Source: Sphaerodactylus townsendi (Eukaryota). From it: 63,715 nucleotides of DNA. Under the pieces are notes generated by a model. That model was not told the origin of the DNA. It did no database searches and saw only the letters and a list, made by a program, of their open reading frames with translations. The stretch spans positions 4,030,001 through 4,093,715 of the forward strand of contig NC_059430.1 in the NCBI RefSeq assembly GCF_021028975.2, read 5' to 3'. The position numbers and the translations under genes are program-made. Shown one piece after another: positions 12,553 to 24,593 of the stretch (positions within the stretch are counted from its first letter, which is position 1; every line of letters begins with the position of its first letter).

Positions 12553-13459
12553 GTGGTCCCTTGTTCACCCTTTATACATATGATTGTACTCCTGTCTATC
12601 ATAGTAACACCATTATCAAATTTGCCGATGACACAACGGTGGTGGGGCTCATCTCTGGAGGGGATAAGTCTGCCTATCGGAGTGAGGTGGACCGTCTGCT
12701 CTCATGGTGCAGGGAAAATACCTGGTTCTTAATACTAACAAGACAAAGGAGCTTATAGTGGACTATAGAAGGAATAGCTCAGAAATTCAGCCCTTGACTA
12801 TAAATGGAGATCGGCGTAGAGCGGGTGGCGAAGTTTTAAATTTCTGGGCTGCTATGATTAAAGAGGACTTGACCTGGGGCATACAGACTGCCGCAGTGGT
12901 TAAGAAGGCCCAGCAAAGACTGTACTATCTGAGACTTTTAAGGAAACAACAACTGAATGGAAAACTCCTGGTGTCCTTTTACCACTGTGCTATAGAGAGT
13001 GTCATAACCTGCTGCATCTGTGTATGGTTCTCCAGTTGCACAGTGGCAGATAGGAAGGCGCTCCAAAGGGTGATCACTACTGCCCAGAGGATTATCGGCT
13101 GCCCTCTCCCCTCCTTGGAAGAACTCTATAATTCCCGAAGCCTAAAGAAAGCCCAAAACATTCTGAGGGACCCGTCTCATCCAGCACACTCTCTTTTTGA
13201 ACTGTTACCATCTGGCGTATCATACAGGTCTATCAAAACGAGAATAAAGAGGCTTAGAGACAGCTTCTACTCTAGAGCTGTGGCTTATGCTGAACTCTTC
13301 ACAAGGCTTCAGTGGTTGATGCGTGTTTGGGGCTGTGTAGGGATGGGTGGAGGAAGGGGACAGCGAGGATGGGGTATGAGTCTGAAATTGTGTGCATCAA
13401 GGAATGCTGCTGTAAATTCCGTTGTGCGTGCACAATGACAATTAAAATGCTTATGCTTA
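12553..13459 (+). mobile_element. Rex1/Babar-like LINE 3' fragment
   Basis: IIKFADDTTVVGLI, KKAQQRLYYLR, FYHCAIES, DPSHPAHSLFELLPSG; (ATGCTT)n tail. Confidence 0.82.
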
Positions 13460-14030
13460 AAAAGACCACAAGGGCCACCAAGTCCAACCCACTGCCATGC
13501 AGGAACACACCATCCAAGTATTCCTGAAAGATGCCCATCCAGGGCGGCTGGGGGGGTGTCGACCACCGCCTCTACTGCACCTGAGAGTATTGTCAGTGTC
13601 AAGAACAGACTTGGAAAACTGCTCCCTGAACCCCAAATGAGTCATCTCTCCGTCTCTCCCATCAAAACATCTGTTGATGTTCATTTCTGTCCTCTCTTCT
13701 TACCTCTCCTTTTTCTCACCTTCCTCTCTGCTGGTGTTTTGGTTGAAATGACCTTCGAACAAGATTCAGCGGTAGAGAGTTCTAGAAAGTACAAGGGCAG
13801 CATCAGCAATTATAAGCAAAACTCTGTGTATTACTGGGATTTTATTCAGACCATCTTGATTGCATCAATTCAAGCTGCCCAAGTAGCAAGGACGCTAACA
13901 GTTGTTTTTCATTCTTGTATATCCTAGGAAAAATATGCGCAAAACTGTTGGCAGGCAAATCCCCACCTCTCACTACCATTCTGAAACAAAATTGCTACAG
14001 GGAACACCAGGACACATTTTTCTTGATTCT

Positions 14031-14240
14031 NNNNNNNNNNNNNNNNNNNNNNNNNNNNNNNNNNNNNNNNNNNNNNNNNNNNNNNNNNNNNNNNNNNNNN
14101 NNNNNNNNNNNNNNNNNNNNNNNNNNNNNNNNNNNNNNNNNNNNNNNNNNNNNNNNNNNNNNNNNNNNNNNNNNNNNNNNNNNNNNNNNNNNNNNNNNNN
14201 NNNNNNNNNNNNNNNNNNNNNNNNNNNNNNNNNNNNNNNN
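14031..14240. other. Assembly gap; others at 38857-39260, 46574-46727, 59679-59994, 60157-60306
   Basis: Runs of N, each next to a SINE or L2 microsatellite tail. Confidence 0.99.
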
Positions 14241-14515
14241 CCCCCCTTCTCTCTCCTGCAGGAGACTCAAGGCTTGACAATCTCTCCTTGCTCCTTTCCC
14301 CACCACAACAAACACCCTGTGAGGTAGGTGGGGCTGAGAGAGCTCCGAGAAGCTGTGACTAGCTCAAGGTCACCCAGCTGGCGTGTGGGGGAGTGTACAG
14401 GCTAATCTGAATTCCCCAGATAAGCCTCCACAGCTCAGGTGGCAGAGCTGGGAATCAAACCTGTTTCCTCCAGATTAGATACATGAGCTCTTAACCCCCT
14501 TCGCCACTGCTGCTC
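14241..14515 (-). mobile_element. Squam3-like SINE (tail falls in assembly gap)
   Basis: Reverse complement of 2328-2623. Confidence 0.85.
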
Positions 14516-14790
14516 CATATTCAATGAAGAAAAAATGCCAGCTACTGTATGATTTGGAGATTACTGTTTCCTGGTGGCTAAGGATTCCCTGGGCAACTGA
14601 CACGCATCTAACATTTTCCTGTCTAACTTGAGGGACAGGTCAAAAGATTATTCGGAAAGGTCAGAAGAAAACTCAGGAGACTGACCCTTAAATACCAGGT
14701 TGGTTAGAAAAAAATCTTTGTAAATTAAATCAGCGATTTAAACTACTTAAAAAAGTAACTGGTTTAAGTACAAGTTACTTACTTTTACTG

Positions 14791-15450
14791 CTCACCTTTA
14801 AACATGGATGACAAGTGAAGGCTGGGTCCCTCCTCCTCCTCCTCCTCCTCCTCCCTCCTCAAGTCTGTCCTTGGACTGTCTATCCTATCTTCTAAGATGG
14901 GAGCAACATAGCTGCAGTTTCTTTTAGGGAGGTTCTGCATGGTAGGCCATAGACATGGAATCTACTCTAGGTCTTGGAAGCCTCTTCCTCCCTCCAGAAG
15001 TCTCTGGGAAGCCCTTGGAGCAGCTTGTAGAGGTATACAAAATCTAATGATACCCAGAGGGTCTAATCTCTGTTCGAGGGCTGGGGGCCTTGGGGATGCT
15101 CCTGGATTGGAAGCCCTCAGGGAGTGAGGAGCCCAGGGCTGGAAGCTCAGAGAGTTGGGACGGAGTGCGTCTGCTCTCATCACCATGTTTTCTCAAAGAG
15201 TTCTCCTAAAACCAAACCCTGGATGTGCATCATACGAAGGAATGGACTCTAGAATGTGCCAGCCCTTATAAATGGTTTTTTGAAAATGCCCATAGTCAAA
15301 GGTGTGTAATTGGCAACACAAAAAATTATATTATGACTCTGCGGGAAGTCTAGAATGTGGAGCCATTGGAACTCTATGTTCTGGGTTTTTTGATGACTGG
15401 ATCTGGGTAGTTATTTATGCAAGCTATTGACAGTTTGAATATAATCTATA
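14791..15450 (-). promoter_or_regulatory. Putative OR2 promoter and 5' non-coding exon
   Basis: Paralogous block; donor at 14791-14795; O/E-like cluster at ~15050-15160. Confidence 0.6.
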
Positions 15451-15821
15451 GCAGCAGTGGCGTAGGAGGTTAAGAGCTTGTGTATCTAATCTGGAGGAAC
15501 TGGGTTTGATTCTCCGCTCTGCCGCCTGAGCTGTGGAGGCTTATCTGGGGAATTCAGATTAGCCTGGGCACTCCCACACATGCCAGCTGGGTGAACTTGG
15601 GCTAGTCACAGCTTCTCGGAGCTCTCTCAGCCCTGCCTACCTTACAGGGTGTTTGTTGTGAGGGGAGAAGGGCAAGGAGACTGTCAGCCCCTTTGAGTCT
15701 CCTGCAGGAGAGAAAGGGGGGATATAAATCCAAACTCCTCCTCCTCTTCTTCTTCTTCTTCTTCTTCTTCTTCTTCTTCTTCTTCTTCTTCTTCTTCTTC
15801 TTCTTCTTCTTCTTCTTCTTC
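15451..15821 (+). mobile_element. Squam3-like SINE with expanded (CTT)n tail
   Basis: Same family; long TTC run at ~15746-15821. Confidence 0.85.
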
Positions 15822-16614
15822 TACAGTGGCTGAAGATTTTTTTAAGATGCAAAAAGGAAGATTCACTGATTGCTCACTTCAACTGGAATCTTTTAAGAAG
15901 GAGTAAAAATAGTGTTGCTTACCACAACTGTTGTGCATCTAGTGCTGCTCTGTGCAGTTCCACCTGGGACTGCATTGAGCAGGCCACTCATAGAGTGTTT
16001 TTTGGTAGCAATGTAAAGCTTTAGGTCCCTTATTGGATGCTCCCCTCCCCCAGCCACATCCCGGATCTCAGCCTTAGTGGCCCCACCCAGGTCATGTGAC
16101 TAGAGAGAAAAGGGCACCTCCCGCCAGATCTTTCTTAAGCTGGTGCGAGGTGTGCAGGTGCTTCTTTTCCTCCGAAGCCGAGTGAAGGTTGAGGCCTACT
16201 TTGATAGTCTTAGGAACTGCGTTGTGGATCTCCGGTTTCGTTGTTTTTCTTTCTGTTCAGTAGTAAACAGTGAAGTTTGTTTTTCATTTTCCTTGCATTT
16301 GGGAGCGCAGAGAGTGATTTGGTCTCACAACCACCTTGTAGGACCGCACAGAGGCCACAACGAAGAGTCAGTGTTTGCTGTTTTCAAGACCTGTCACTCA
16401 GGGCAGGGGGGGGCGGTCTCCCAGGCTCCTCGGGTGACAGCGCCAGACGCCACAGAGGCTGGGATCGGTCGGGCGCCGTGCTCCGTGGCCATCTTCCTGT
16501 TCTTCTTCTGGGACCGCTTCGTGCAAACAGTCCCAGGGGTTGGTGTCATAATCGCTGCACTCCAACCCCCATCAGGTAAGCTCCATGCGAAACGCCTTAG
16601 GAGAGGAGTGGATG

Positions 16615-17406
16615 TTAAGCCTTCCTCCAGGTTTCCACAGCCTTCTTCAGGGCCCTCTTTACCTCCTTGTTGCGGAGACTGTAAATGATGGGGTTCAGCA
16701 TTGGGGTGATTGCACAGTACATGATGGAGACCAAAGTGCCAGTCGCCAAGGAGTTACCTGCCTGATAGTTCAAGATCCCATTTCCATAGTAAATGAAGAC
16801 AACAGTGAGGTGAGACGCACAAGTGGAAAAGGCTTTGCGCTTGCCAGTAGTGGACTGAATCCTCAAGATGGAGGACAGGATGAAGATGTATGAGGAAATA
16901 ATGAACAGTAAGGGCCCCCCACCCATTAAAACTCCTGCCATTTGGAGAGCCAGTTTATTGATATGTATATCATTGCAAGCCATTTTCATCAGTGGAGGGA
17001 GATCGCAGAAGATGTGATGAATCTGGTTGACTCCACAGAACTCCAACTTGGTGCTGAGTGCCGTGTGTAGAGCAGAGTTTAAGAAACCCCAGATCCAAGT
17101 GGCAAAGGCCAGTACGGTGCACACCTTGGTGTTCACGAGGCGGGAGTAATGCAGAGGTTTGCAGATGGCGGCATAGCGGTCGTAGGCCATGACAGCTAGC
17201 AGTACAGCCTCCACCCCCATGAACGACATCAGGAAGAACATCTGGGCCATGCACTGGTTGTAGGAGATGGCCTGTTGCTGGAGCAAGAAGTTGACCACCA
17301 TCTTAGGGACAGTGACTGAGGAGAGGCACATATCTAAGCAGGAGAGGTGGCTGAGGAAATAATACATGGGAGTATGGAGGCTGGGTTTCAGTTGAATCAT
17401 AGTGAA
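16615..17406 (-). pseudogene. 5'-truncated olfactory receptor OR3 lacking N-terminus and TM1, fused to its promoter/5'-exon block
   Basis: OR homology from FTMIQLKPSLHTPMYYF to stop; above 17406 the sequence is the conserved non-coding block; TGAA microhomology at 17403-17406. Confidence 0.88.
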
Positions 17407-17790
17407 GTCTCCGATGCCCTGGAGCAGCCAGAGGTATTCAAAGCTGGTGCTGCCCTGAGGGCCTAATCGTGTTCGTGGGCTGAGGGCCTTGGGGATGCTC
17501 CTGGATTGGAAGCCCTCAGGGAGGGAGGAGCCCAGAGCTGGAAGCTCAGAGAATTGGGACGGATTGCCTCTGCTCTCATCAGCATGTTTGTCAAAGAGTT
17601 CTTCTAAAACCAAAGCCTGGATGTGCATCATATAAAGGAATGGACTCTAGAATGTGCCAGCCCTTATAAATGATTTTTTTGAAAATGTCCATAGCCAAAG
17701 GTGTGTGATTGGAAACACAAAAAATTCTATTATTACTCTGCGGGAAGTCTAGAATGTGGAGCCATTGGAGCTCTATGTGTTGCCTTTTTT
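17403..17790 (-). promoter_or_regulatory. Upstream half of the OR3 promoter/5'-exon block (donor half deleted)
   Basis: Paralogous to 8580-8735 and 32937-33120; joined directly to OR3 coding sequence. Confidence 0.6.
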
Positions 17791-18167
17791 TAGAGAGTGT
17801 TCAATCTTTGTTTCTTTTCAAGTTGCCATTGGGTCTTCCAAACTCCAGTCAATGATCAAGTTCTTTTGTTTAGGAAAACCGAGCTAAGACAATTTTTTCC
17901 TGGTTTGGCTCTTTGTTTAAATACTGGCTCTCAGGCTTCATTATAGACTCCCGGCAGTCTCACATATTTTCTGTTGCACCACTTCCACTCCACCTGGCAC
18001 ACCAAAATTATCAAGCAAATAAACAACATAGGTGTATCTTTGGACTAACTCCCCACTGGATGGACGAAAGACAGGCTGGAGTTTTGAAACAACGTACTCT
18101 TGACATTGAAGGGCAGCTTCTCACAGCTGGAGCCTGCAGAACTTGTTCTCCCACATTTTATGGCATT

Positions 18168-19195
18168 TAAGAACATAAGAACAAGCCAGCTGGATCAGAC
18201 CAGAGTCCATCTAGTCCAGCTCTCTGCTACTCGCAGTGGCCCACCAGGTGCCTTTGGGAGTTCACATGTAGGATGTGAAAGCAATGGCCTTCTGTGGCTG
18301 TTGCTCCCGAGCACCTGGACTGTTAAGGCATTTGCAATCTCAGATCAAAGAGGATCAAGATTGGTAGCCATAAATCGACTTCTCCTCCATAAATCTGTCC
18401 AAGCCCCTTTTAAAGCTATCCAGGTTAGTGGCCATCACCACCTCCTGTGGCAGCATATTCCAAACACCAATCACACGTTGCGTGAAGAAGTGTTTCCTTT
18501 TATTAGTTCTAATTCTTCCCCCCAGCATTTTCAATGAATGCCCCCTGGTTCTAGTATTGTGAGAAAGAGAGAAAAATTTCTCTCTGGCAACATTTTCTAC
18601 CCCATGCATAATTTTATAGACTTCAATCATATCCCCCCTCAGACGCCTACTCTCCAAACTAAAGAGTCCCAGACGCTGCAGCCTTTCCTCATAAGGAAGG
18701 TGCAAAGCAGTCCCTCAATCATCCTCGTCGCCCTTCTCTGCACTTTTCTAACTCTTCAATATCCTTTGAGATGTGGCTTACCAGAACTGAACACAGTACT
18801 TCCAGTCGCTTCCACAGCTTTATATATAAGGGCATGACAATCTTTGCAGTTTTATTCTCAATTCCTTTCCTAATTATCCCCAGCATAGAGTTTGCCTTTT
18901 CACAGCTGCCATACATTGAGTTGACATTCCCATGGAACTATCAACTAAGACGCCCAAATCCCTTTCCTGGTCTGTGACTGATAGCACTGACCCCTGTAGC
19001 ATGTATGTGAAGTTTGGATTTTTTGCCCCTATGTGCATCACTTTGCATTTGCTACATTGAACTGCATTTGCCATTTCTTAGCCCACTCACCTAATTTATC
19101 AAGGTCCGCTTGGAGCTCCTCGCAATCCTTTGTGGTTCTCACCACCCTACATAATTTGGTATCATCTGCAAACTTGGCCACCACGCTACCCACCC
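18168..19195 (-). mobile_element. Young CR1 LINE 3' fragment
   Basis: KFADDTKL through [16 protein letters not shown] to tail. Confidence 0.92.
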
Positions 19196-19676
19196 TGTTC
19201 AGGTTGCATTTCACCACCATTGCCGGGTTTTATGGCTAAATATATGAGTAATTTAATCAATCCACATCTCCGCAGATATTTTATGCTTGCTCGGCTAAAT
19301 GTGTTACCGACTGCCCAAACAAGAGGCAGATATCATGGCATCCCACAGGAGAACAGGACTTGTTCCTGTGCAGCGGGCCTACCCGAAACAACTGAACACG
19401 TGCTCCTTCATTGCAAAGATTTGGCAGTCTATCGGTTGCTTTTTTCTCGAGGCCATCTTGAAGAAATTTTCAGTGAGATCAGACAAGGAAATAGTTTCAC
19501 ACCTGCTTAGTGACCATCATCCCCACACTACTGAATCAGTTGCCAGGTTTTTAACAAAGGCACTTGGATCAAGAGTGAAACCTTTGTGTAAATTTTAGTC
19601 AATTGGTTTTAACATAATCTGTATTTTACCACTCTTTATATGCCATTAAAGGTTTTGTATTTGTATTTGAATTTGT
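19196..19676 (+). mobile_element. LINE 3' fragment with C-terminal zinc knuckle (RTE-X-like, clade uncertain)
   Basis: ARLNVLP...GRYHGIPQENRTCSC...ETTEHVLLHC; (TTTGTA)n tail. Confidence 0.65.
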
Positions 19677-19773
19677 GTTGCCTTTTTGATGACTGGATCC
19701 GGAGTTTGAATATAATCTATAGTGGCTGAAGATATATATTTTTTTAGATGCAAAAAGGAAGATTCACTGATTG

Positions 19774-20308
19774 TGTAACCTCCATCTGTGGGTTCTGTGG
19801 GGCAGAACTTGGAATGAGTTTGCAACGACAAATTTTAAAAACAAAATGGTTTACTTTCTTAACATATAACATATAACATCAACATTTAACATCACACTTC
19901 AAGGTCCTGTTCAGGTTGCATTTTCAAGTCCTTCTATTTACAGTCTACTGATACTGCCAAGTCCAATTCTTCTTTGCAAGTGGGTTGGCTCCTGGAGACT
20001 CCAAGGGCTTGATGAACAGGATTCAACATGATGAAGGTTTCCAGGAGAACTCTCACCCATTACAACCACAAAAAAAGACCCTGAAACAATAAATTCCAAC
20101 ATTTACAACCCAGCAAAAATAAACAACTACCTTCCCAGTAGTTCCCAACAACATTGCAGTTACCTTAACAAGGTGTTCAGGGCTTATACAAACCAAGGTC
20201 CGAGTCTGGTAGCCTCGTCTCCTCCAAACTACATGAGCTCTGCAGCCTCTTGCTGCTTTGAGTCTCCACCCTTTACTGGGTCAACCCATTCTGAGCATGG
20301 GGGTTACA
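19774..20308. mobile_element. Solo LTR
   Basis: TGTAACC...GGTTACA termini; 4-bp TSD ATTG; empty site at ~15869-15872. Confidence 0.88.
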
Positions 20309-20451
20309 ATTGCTCACGTCAACTGGAATCCTTTAAGAAGGAGTAAAAATAACGTTGCTTACCACAACTGTTGTGCATCTAGTGCTGCTCTGTGCAGTTC
20401 CACCTGGGACTGCATTGAGCAGGCCAGCCATACAGTGTTTTTGGGTAGCAA

Positions 20452-20968
20452 TGTAAAGCTTTAGGTCCCTTATTGGATGGTCCCCTCCCCCAGCCACATC
20501 CGGGACTAGCCCAGGCCCCACCCAGGTCATGTGACTAGGGGAGAAAAGGGCACCCCTCCCGCCAGGACTTTCTTCGCTGGTGCGAGGTATGCAGGTGCTT
20601 CTTTTCCTCAGAAGCCGAGTGAAGGTTGAGTGACTACTTTGATAGTCTTAGGAACTGCATTGTGGGTCTCCGGTTTTGTTGGTTTTCTTTCTGTTCAGTA
20701 GTAAATAGTGAAGGTTGTTTTTCATTTTCCTTGCATTTGGGAGTGCAGAGAGCGATCTGGTCTCACGCCCACCTTGTGGGGCCGCACAGAGGCCACAACG
20801 AAGAATAAGGGTTTGCTGTGTTCAAGACCTGATTGTTGGGTCTTGGTTTGAGTCTCCAGGTGGGAGCCGGAAGACCTGCCTGTATTCACCCTGCTTAGTT
20901 TCACTTCTTTATCTGGGCAGCTTTGACTGCCCTGGGCTTGTTCTGGAACAACCTTTGCACGAGAACTT

Positions 20969-20970
<2 letters not shown>
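20452..20970 (+). mobile_element. Putative LTR-like insert (truncated paralog at 16012-16393)
   Basis: Starts TGTAAAG, contains an inverted CCAAT box, ends TTCA before (GT)n; no TSD seen. Confidence 0.4.

Positions 20971-20971
<1 letters not shown>

Positions 20972-21022
<51 letters not shown>
20972..21022. repeat. (GT)n(GC)n microsatellite
   Basis: Seen directly. Confidence 0.95.
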
Positions 21023-21024
<2 letters not shown>

Positions 21025-21105
21025 CCAGACTTGAGAATTGTTGCTGGTTAATGGGTCTGGGAAGAGGGGCCAGTGTATTTCCTCCTGGGGGATTTCACTC
21101 ATTAT

Positions 21106-21470
21106 TATTACTTTATTATTATTTGTTTCATTTATTATACCCCCCACCCCTGAAGGGCTCTGGGCAGTGTGCAGAAAACACTTAAAAGCCATGAAAACAA
21201 TTAAAACAGAATAATGTAAAAATAGAGGCAGCACAACGAACAAAATCTAATGTTGGATGGCAAACCATTAAAAAAAACCCAGGAGAGGACCAGTTGTGAT
21301 AAATTGCAGCCCGCAAAGATGGCATACGGGGTGGGTGGCAATCAGCGGTTGCCCCCCCCCCCCCAAGGCCTGGTGGAACAACTCCGTTTTACAGTCCCTG
21401 CGGAACTGTCCAATGTCCCGCAGGGCCCTGACAGCTGGAGGAAGAGTGTTCCACCAGGCAGGGGCCAGGG
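21106..21470 (-). mobile_element. L2 LINE 3' fragment; other L2 3' ends near 40647-40970, 46728-46800, 47330-47546, 48829-49170, 59560-59670, 60307-60480
   Basis: APAWWNTLP...FRRDCKTELF terminus; conserved CGCCCAGAGCCC-type 3' motif and (TAAA)n-type tails. Confidence 0.75.
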
Positions 21471-21578
21471 CTATCTTCCTTCCTCGCACTTGTCCATCTA
21501 CAGCAAAATAAAAATCCAGGTAATACCTGAGTTCACACAGTTCTGGAGAAACTTGGCCTAACTTAGAGAGTGAGGATG

Positions 21579-22505
21579 TTAAGACTTCCTCCAGGTTTCC
21601 ACAGCCTTCTTCAGGGCCCTCTTCACCTCCTTGTTGCGGAAACTGTAAATGATGGGGTTCAGCATTGGGGTGATTGCACAGTACATGATGGAGACCAACG
21701 TGCCAGTCGCCAAGGAGTTACCTGCCTGATAGTTCAAGATCCCATTTCCATAGTAAATGAAGACAACAGTGAGGTGAGACGCACAAGTGGAAAAGGCTTT
21801 GCGCTTGCCAGTAGTGGACTGAATCTTCAAGATGGAGGACAGGATGAAGACGTATGAGAAAATTATGAACAGGAGGGGTCCCCCACCCACAAAAACTCCT
21901 GCCATGTGGTCTGCCACTTCATTGATGTGTACATCATTGCAAGCCATTTTCATCAGCGGAGGGAGATCGCAGAAGATGTGATGAATTTGGTTGACTCCAC
22001 AGAACTCCAACTTGGTGCTGAGTGCCGTGTGTAGAGCAGAGTTTAAGAAACCCCAGACCCAAGTGGCAAAGGCCAGTACGGTGCACACCTTGGTGTTCAT
22101 GAGGCGGGAGTAATGCAAAGGTTTGCAGATGGCGGCATAGCGGTCGTAGGCCATGAGAGCCAGCAGTACAGCCTCCGCCCCCATGAACGACATCAGGAAG
22201 AACATCTGGGCCATGCACTGGTTGTAGGAGATGGTGTGTTGCTGCTGCAAGAAGTTGACCACCATCTTAGGGACAGTGACTGAGGAGAGGCAGATATCTA
22301 AGCAGGAGAGATGGCTGAGGAAGTAATACATGGGGCTATGAAGGTTGGAATCCAGTTGAATCATAGTGAATATCATGAGGTTCCCCAGTACCGTGACCAA
22401 GTAGATGGCCAAGAATGTCAGGGAGATGTATATATGACCATACAGAATACCAGAGAACCCCAGGAAGATAAATTCCACCATCTGCGTCTGATTCCTGATT
22501 CCCAT
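21579..22505 (-). CDS. Olfactory receptor OR4, intact, 308 aa from MGIRNQT; 3-aa deletion in ECL3
   Basis: All OR motifs present; the ORF-track extension above the acceptor (~22525) is intronic. Confidence 0.92.
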   Translation of the reverse strand: MGIRNQTQMVEFIFLGFSGILYGHIYISLTFLAIYLVTVLGNLMIFTMIQLDSNLHSPMYYFLSHLSCLDICLSSVTVPKMVVNFLQQQHTISYNQCMAQMFFLMSFMGAEAVLLALMAYDRYAAICKPLHYSRLMNTKVCTVLAFATWVWGFLNSALHTALSTKLEFCGVNQIHHIFCDLPPLMKMACNDVHINEVADHMAGVFVGGGPLLFIIFSYVFILSSILKIQSTTGKRKAFSTCASHLTVVFIYYGNGILNYQAGNSLATGTLVSIMYCAITPMLNPIIYSFRNKEVKRALKKAVETWRKS

Positions 22506-22945
22506 GGAGAACTCAAAACTTCTTCTGTAAAAAGAAAATAATCGAATGAGAGAAGAGAATTCAAGAACAATATTCCTAAACTGGAGCATGTGCAGAGGAG
22601 GGCAGCCCAAATGGTAAAAGGTCAGGAATCCATGTCCTACAAGGAGAGACTTAGGGAGCTGGATACGTTTCGCTTGGAGAACAGGTGGTTAAATGGTGAC
22701 TTGATAGCCATTTGTAAATATTAGAAGGGATGTCATGTTGAAGAGGGAGCAAGCTTGTTTTCTGCTGGTTTAGAGACAATGACAAGGAGTCATGGATTCA
22801 AAGAACAGGAAAGGAGATTCCACCTAAATGGAGTCCGTGGATGTTTTTAAACAAAGGCTGCACGGCTATCTTTCAGGAGTGCTTGGATTGTGTGTTCCTG
22901 CATGGCAGGGGGTTGGACTGGATGGCCTTTGTGGTCTCCTCCAAC

Positions 22946-23295
22946 TCAAACAAACAAACAACAACAACCTTTATTTGGCATTTAAAAATAGGTTCTAGAG
23001 CGTTGCCAGACATTTTTGAAATACAAATCAAGAGTACATTCAAAGCGCAGACAGGAAGACTGTATATAGCAGTATACAATAGTAAGTTCTGCCAATTGTA
23101 AAAGAAATTTTGCTAGTTTTTCCAAGAGCCTGACAACTGTGTTGTTTAACAGAAGCTCCACAACAGAACGGTCAGAGTCACGTTCAGATTTGTCTAGGAC
23201 CAGTCTGGGAGAGAAATTCCTAGTGCCCACATATCTCAGACAGTCAAGAATAATGTGAGCAAGAGTCTCCACTTGATTTTTACAATGTGGACAAA
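22946..23295 (-). mobile_element. LINE 3' fragment with zinc knuckle, related clade
   Basis: CPHC...VETLAHIILDC; AATAAA then (GTT)/(GTTT) tail. Confidence 0.6.
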
Positions 23296-24593
23296 CTCTA
23301 TAATTCTATGATTCTAAGACATCTTGCATGATGTCTTAGAACCTTGCCTTAGACATCTTGCTCCACATAGATCTTGGCTGTATTACCAATACATGGCCTC
23401 TCTTCTGGTTTTTCTCCCCCTTGCTCAACTGAAACTGGTCTCTCCAGCATCCCTGATGATCATCTCAGTCCCAAAGAAGCAAGGTCTATTCTCTGACCTC
23501 CACACCCAGGATCTGTCTGGTGATTTCGACACATCTGATCTCTTCCTGGCTTGAAGAGTAGGGTATTCTTGAGTCTCTGCTGAATTGGTTCTCCTCCTAT
23601 GGGTAATTGGTCAGGCACTGTTTTAACGGGGTGGGGGTGGGGGTTATGTTGTTGCTTTATTTTGTTTGTGGGGTTCTTCCAGCCTTCCGTCCCCATCCTT
23701 TTCAATGTTTTCATGGTATGCTACGTCTAGATGAATTATTCAAAACTTGGTCCTTTCCGCACCATTATCCTAAAAGATTTGTAAAATGTTTTCAATCCTC
23801 CCTTTTCTTCCTACTCACTCCCTTTGACCGATTTCATGTTGCCATTATGTGTAAAGGGGGTTGAGCTCTGTGTTGAATCAATGCTTCATAGTTCATAGCC
23901 TCATGCTGCATTCTCTACTCCTTGTCTACTGGATGCTTCAAAGATGGGCCTCCCAAAAAATAAAAGAACGGAAAACTGCTGCAAATAAATAGGCGAGGGG
24001 GAACTGAGCGAGCTCAGAAAATAATGCCAATGTTTGTAACTCAGGGGAAGTGGACTCCGTATTACATATTCTATTGCATTGCGAACTCCATAAAGGGGAA
24101 AGGGAGGCTTTAATTCACCCACTGTTCATTCAGTACAGAAATTTAACTATAGTTAATTCCGATTCAGTCCTTGTGAGAATTTTACTGGAAGATCTCAGCA
24201 GGTAGCTAAATTTTGTATGCTGGCACATAATAAGCGAAGAATCATGTTAGGACCAAGAGCCAGACCACATGATGGTGACTGTAATAATGCTACAAGCTGA
24301 TGATATTTTTTGTGTATAGACTTATACCATGGATATCTGTACAAATTCGATTTTTTTCTTTTGTTTATTGTTCTTTCTTTTTCTTGTTCTTCACTTCTCT
24401 TTTTTGCTGGCCTAATGGCCGTAATAAAACTGACTAAAACTGACTAAATGCCAAGGAGGAAGTAGAAAAGTGTGGGAAAACTCAGCGAGTAGATCACACA
24501 GCAACTGAAGATGTTTCCAAAACATTTCAGAAGGAGAATCCTTTTAAATGGGGATTGATTTGAAATGTTTTGAGGCTAAAAATAAAACATATG

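Noticed and set aside
15637-15866. Poly-Arg and poly-Glu ORFs
   Set aside because: Translations of the SINE (CTT)n tail
22506-22610. Long N-terminal extensions of OR4, OR6 and OR8 in the ORF track
   Set aside because: They run through the splice acceptor into intron or CR1 sequence
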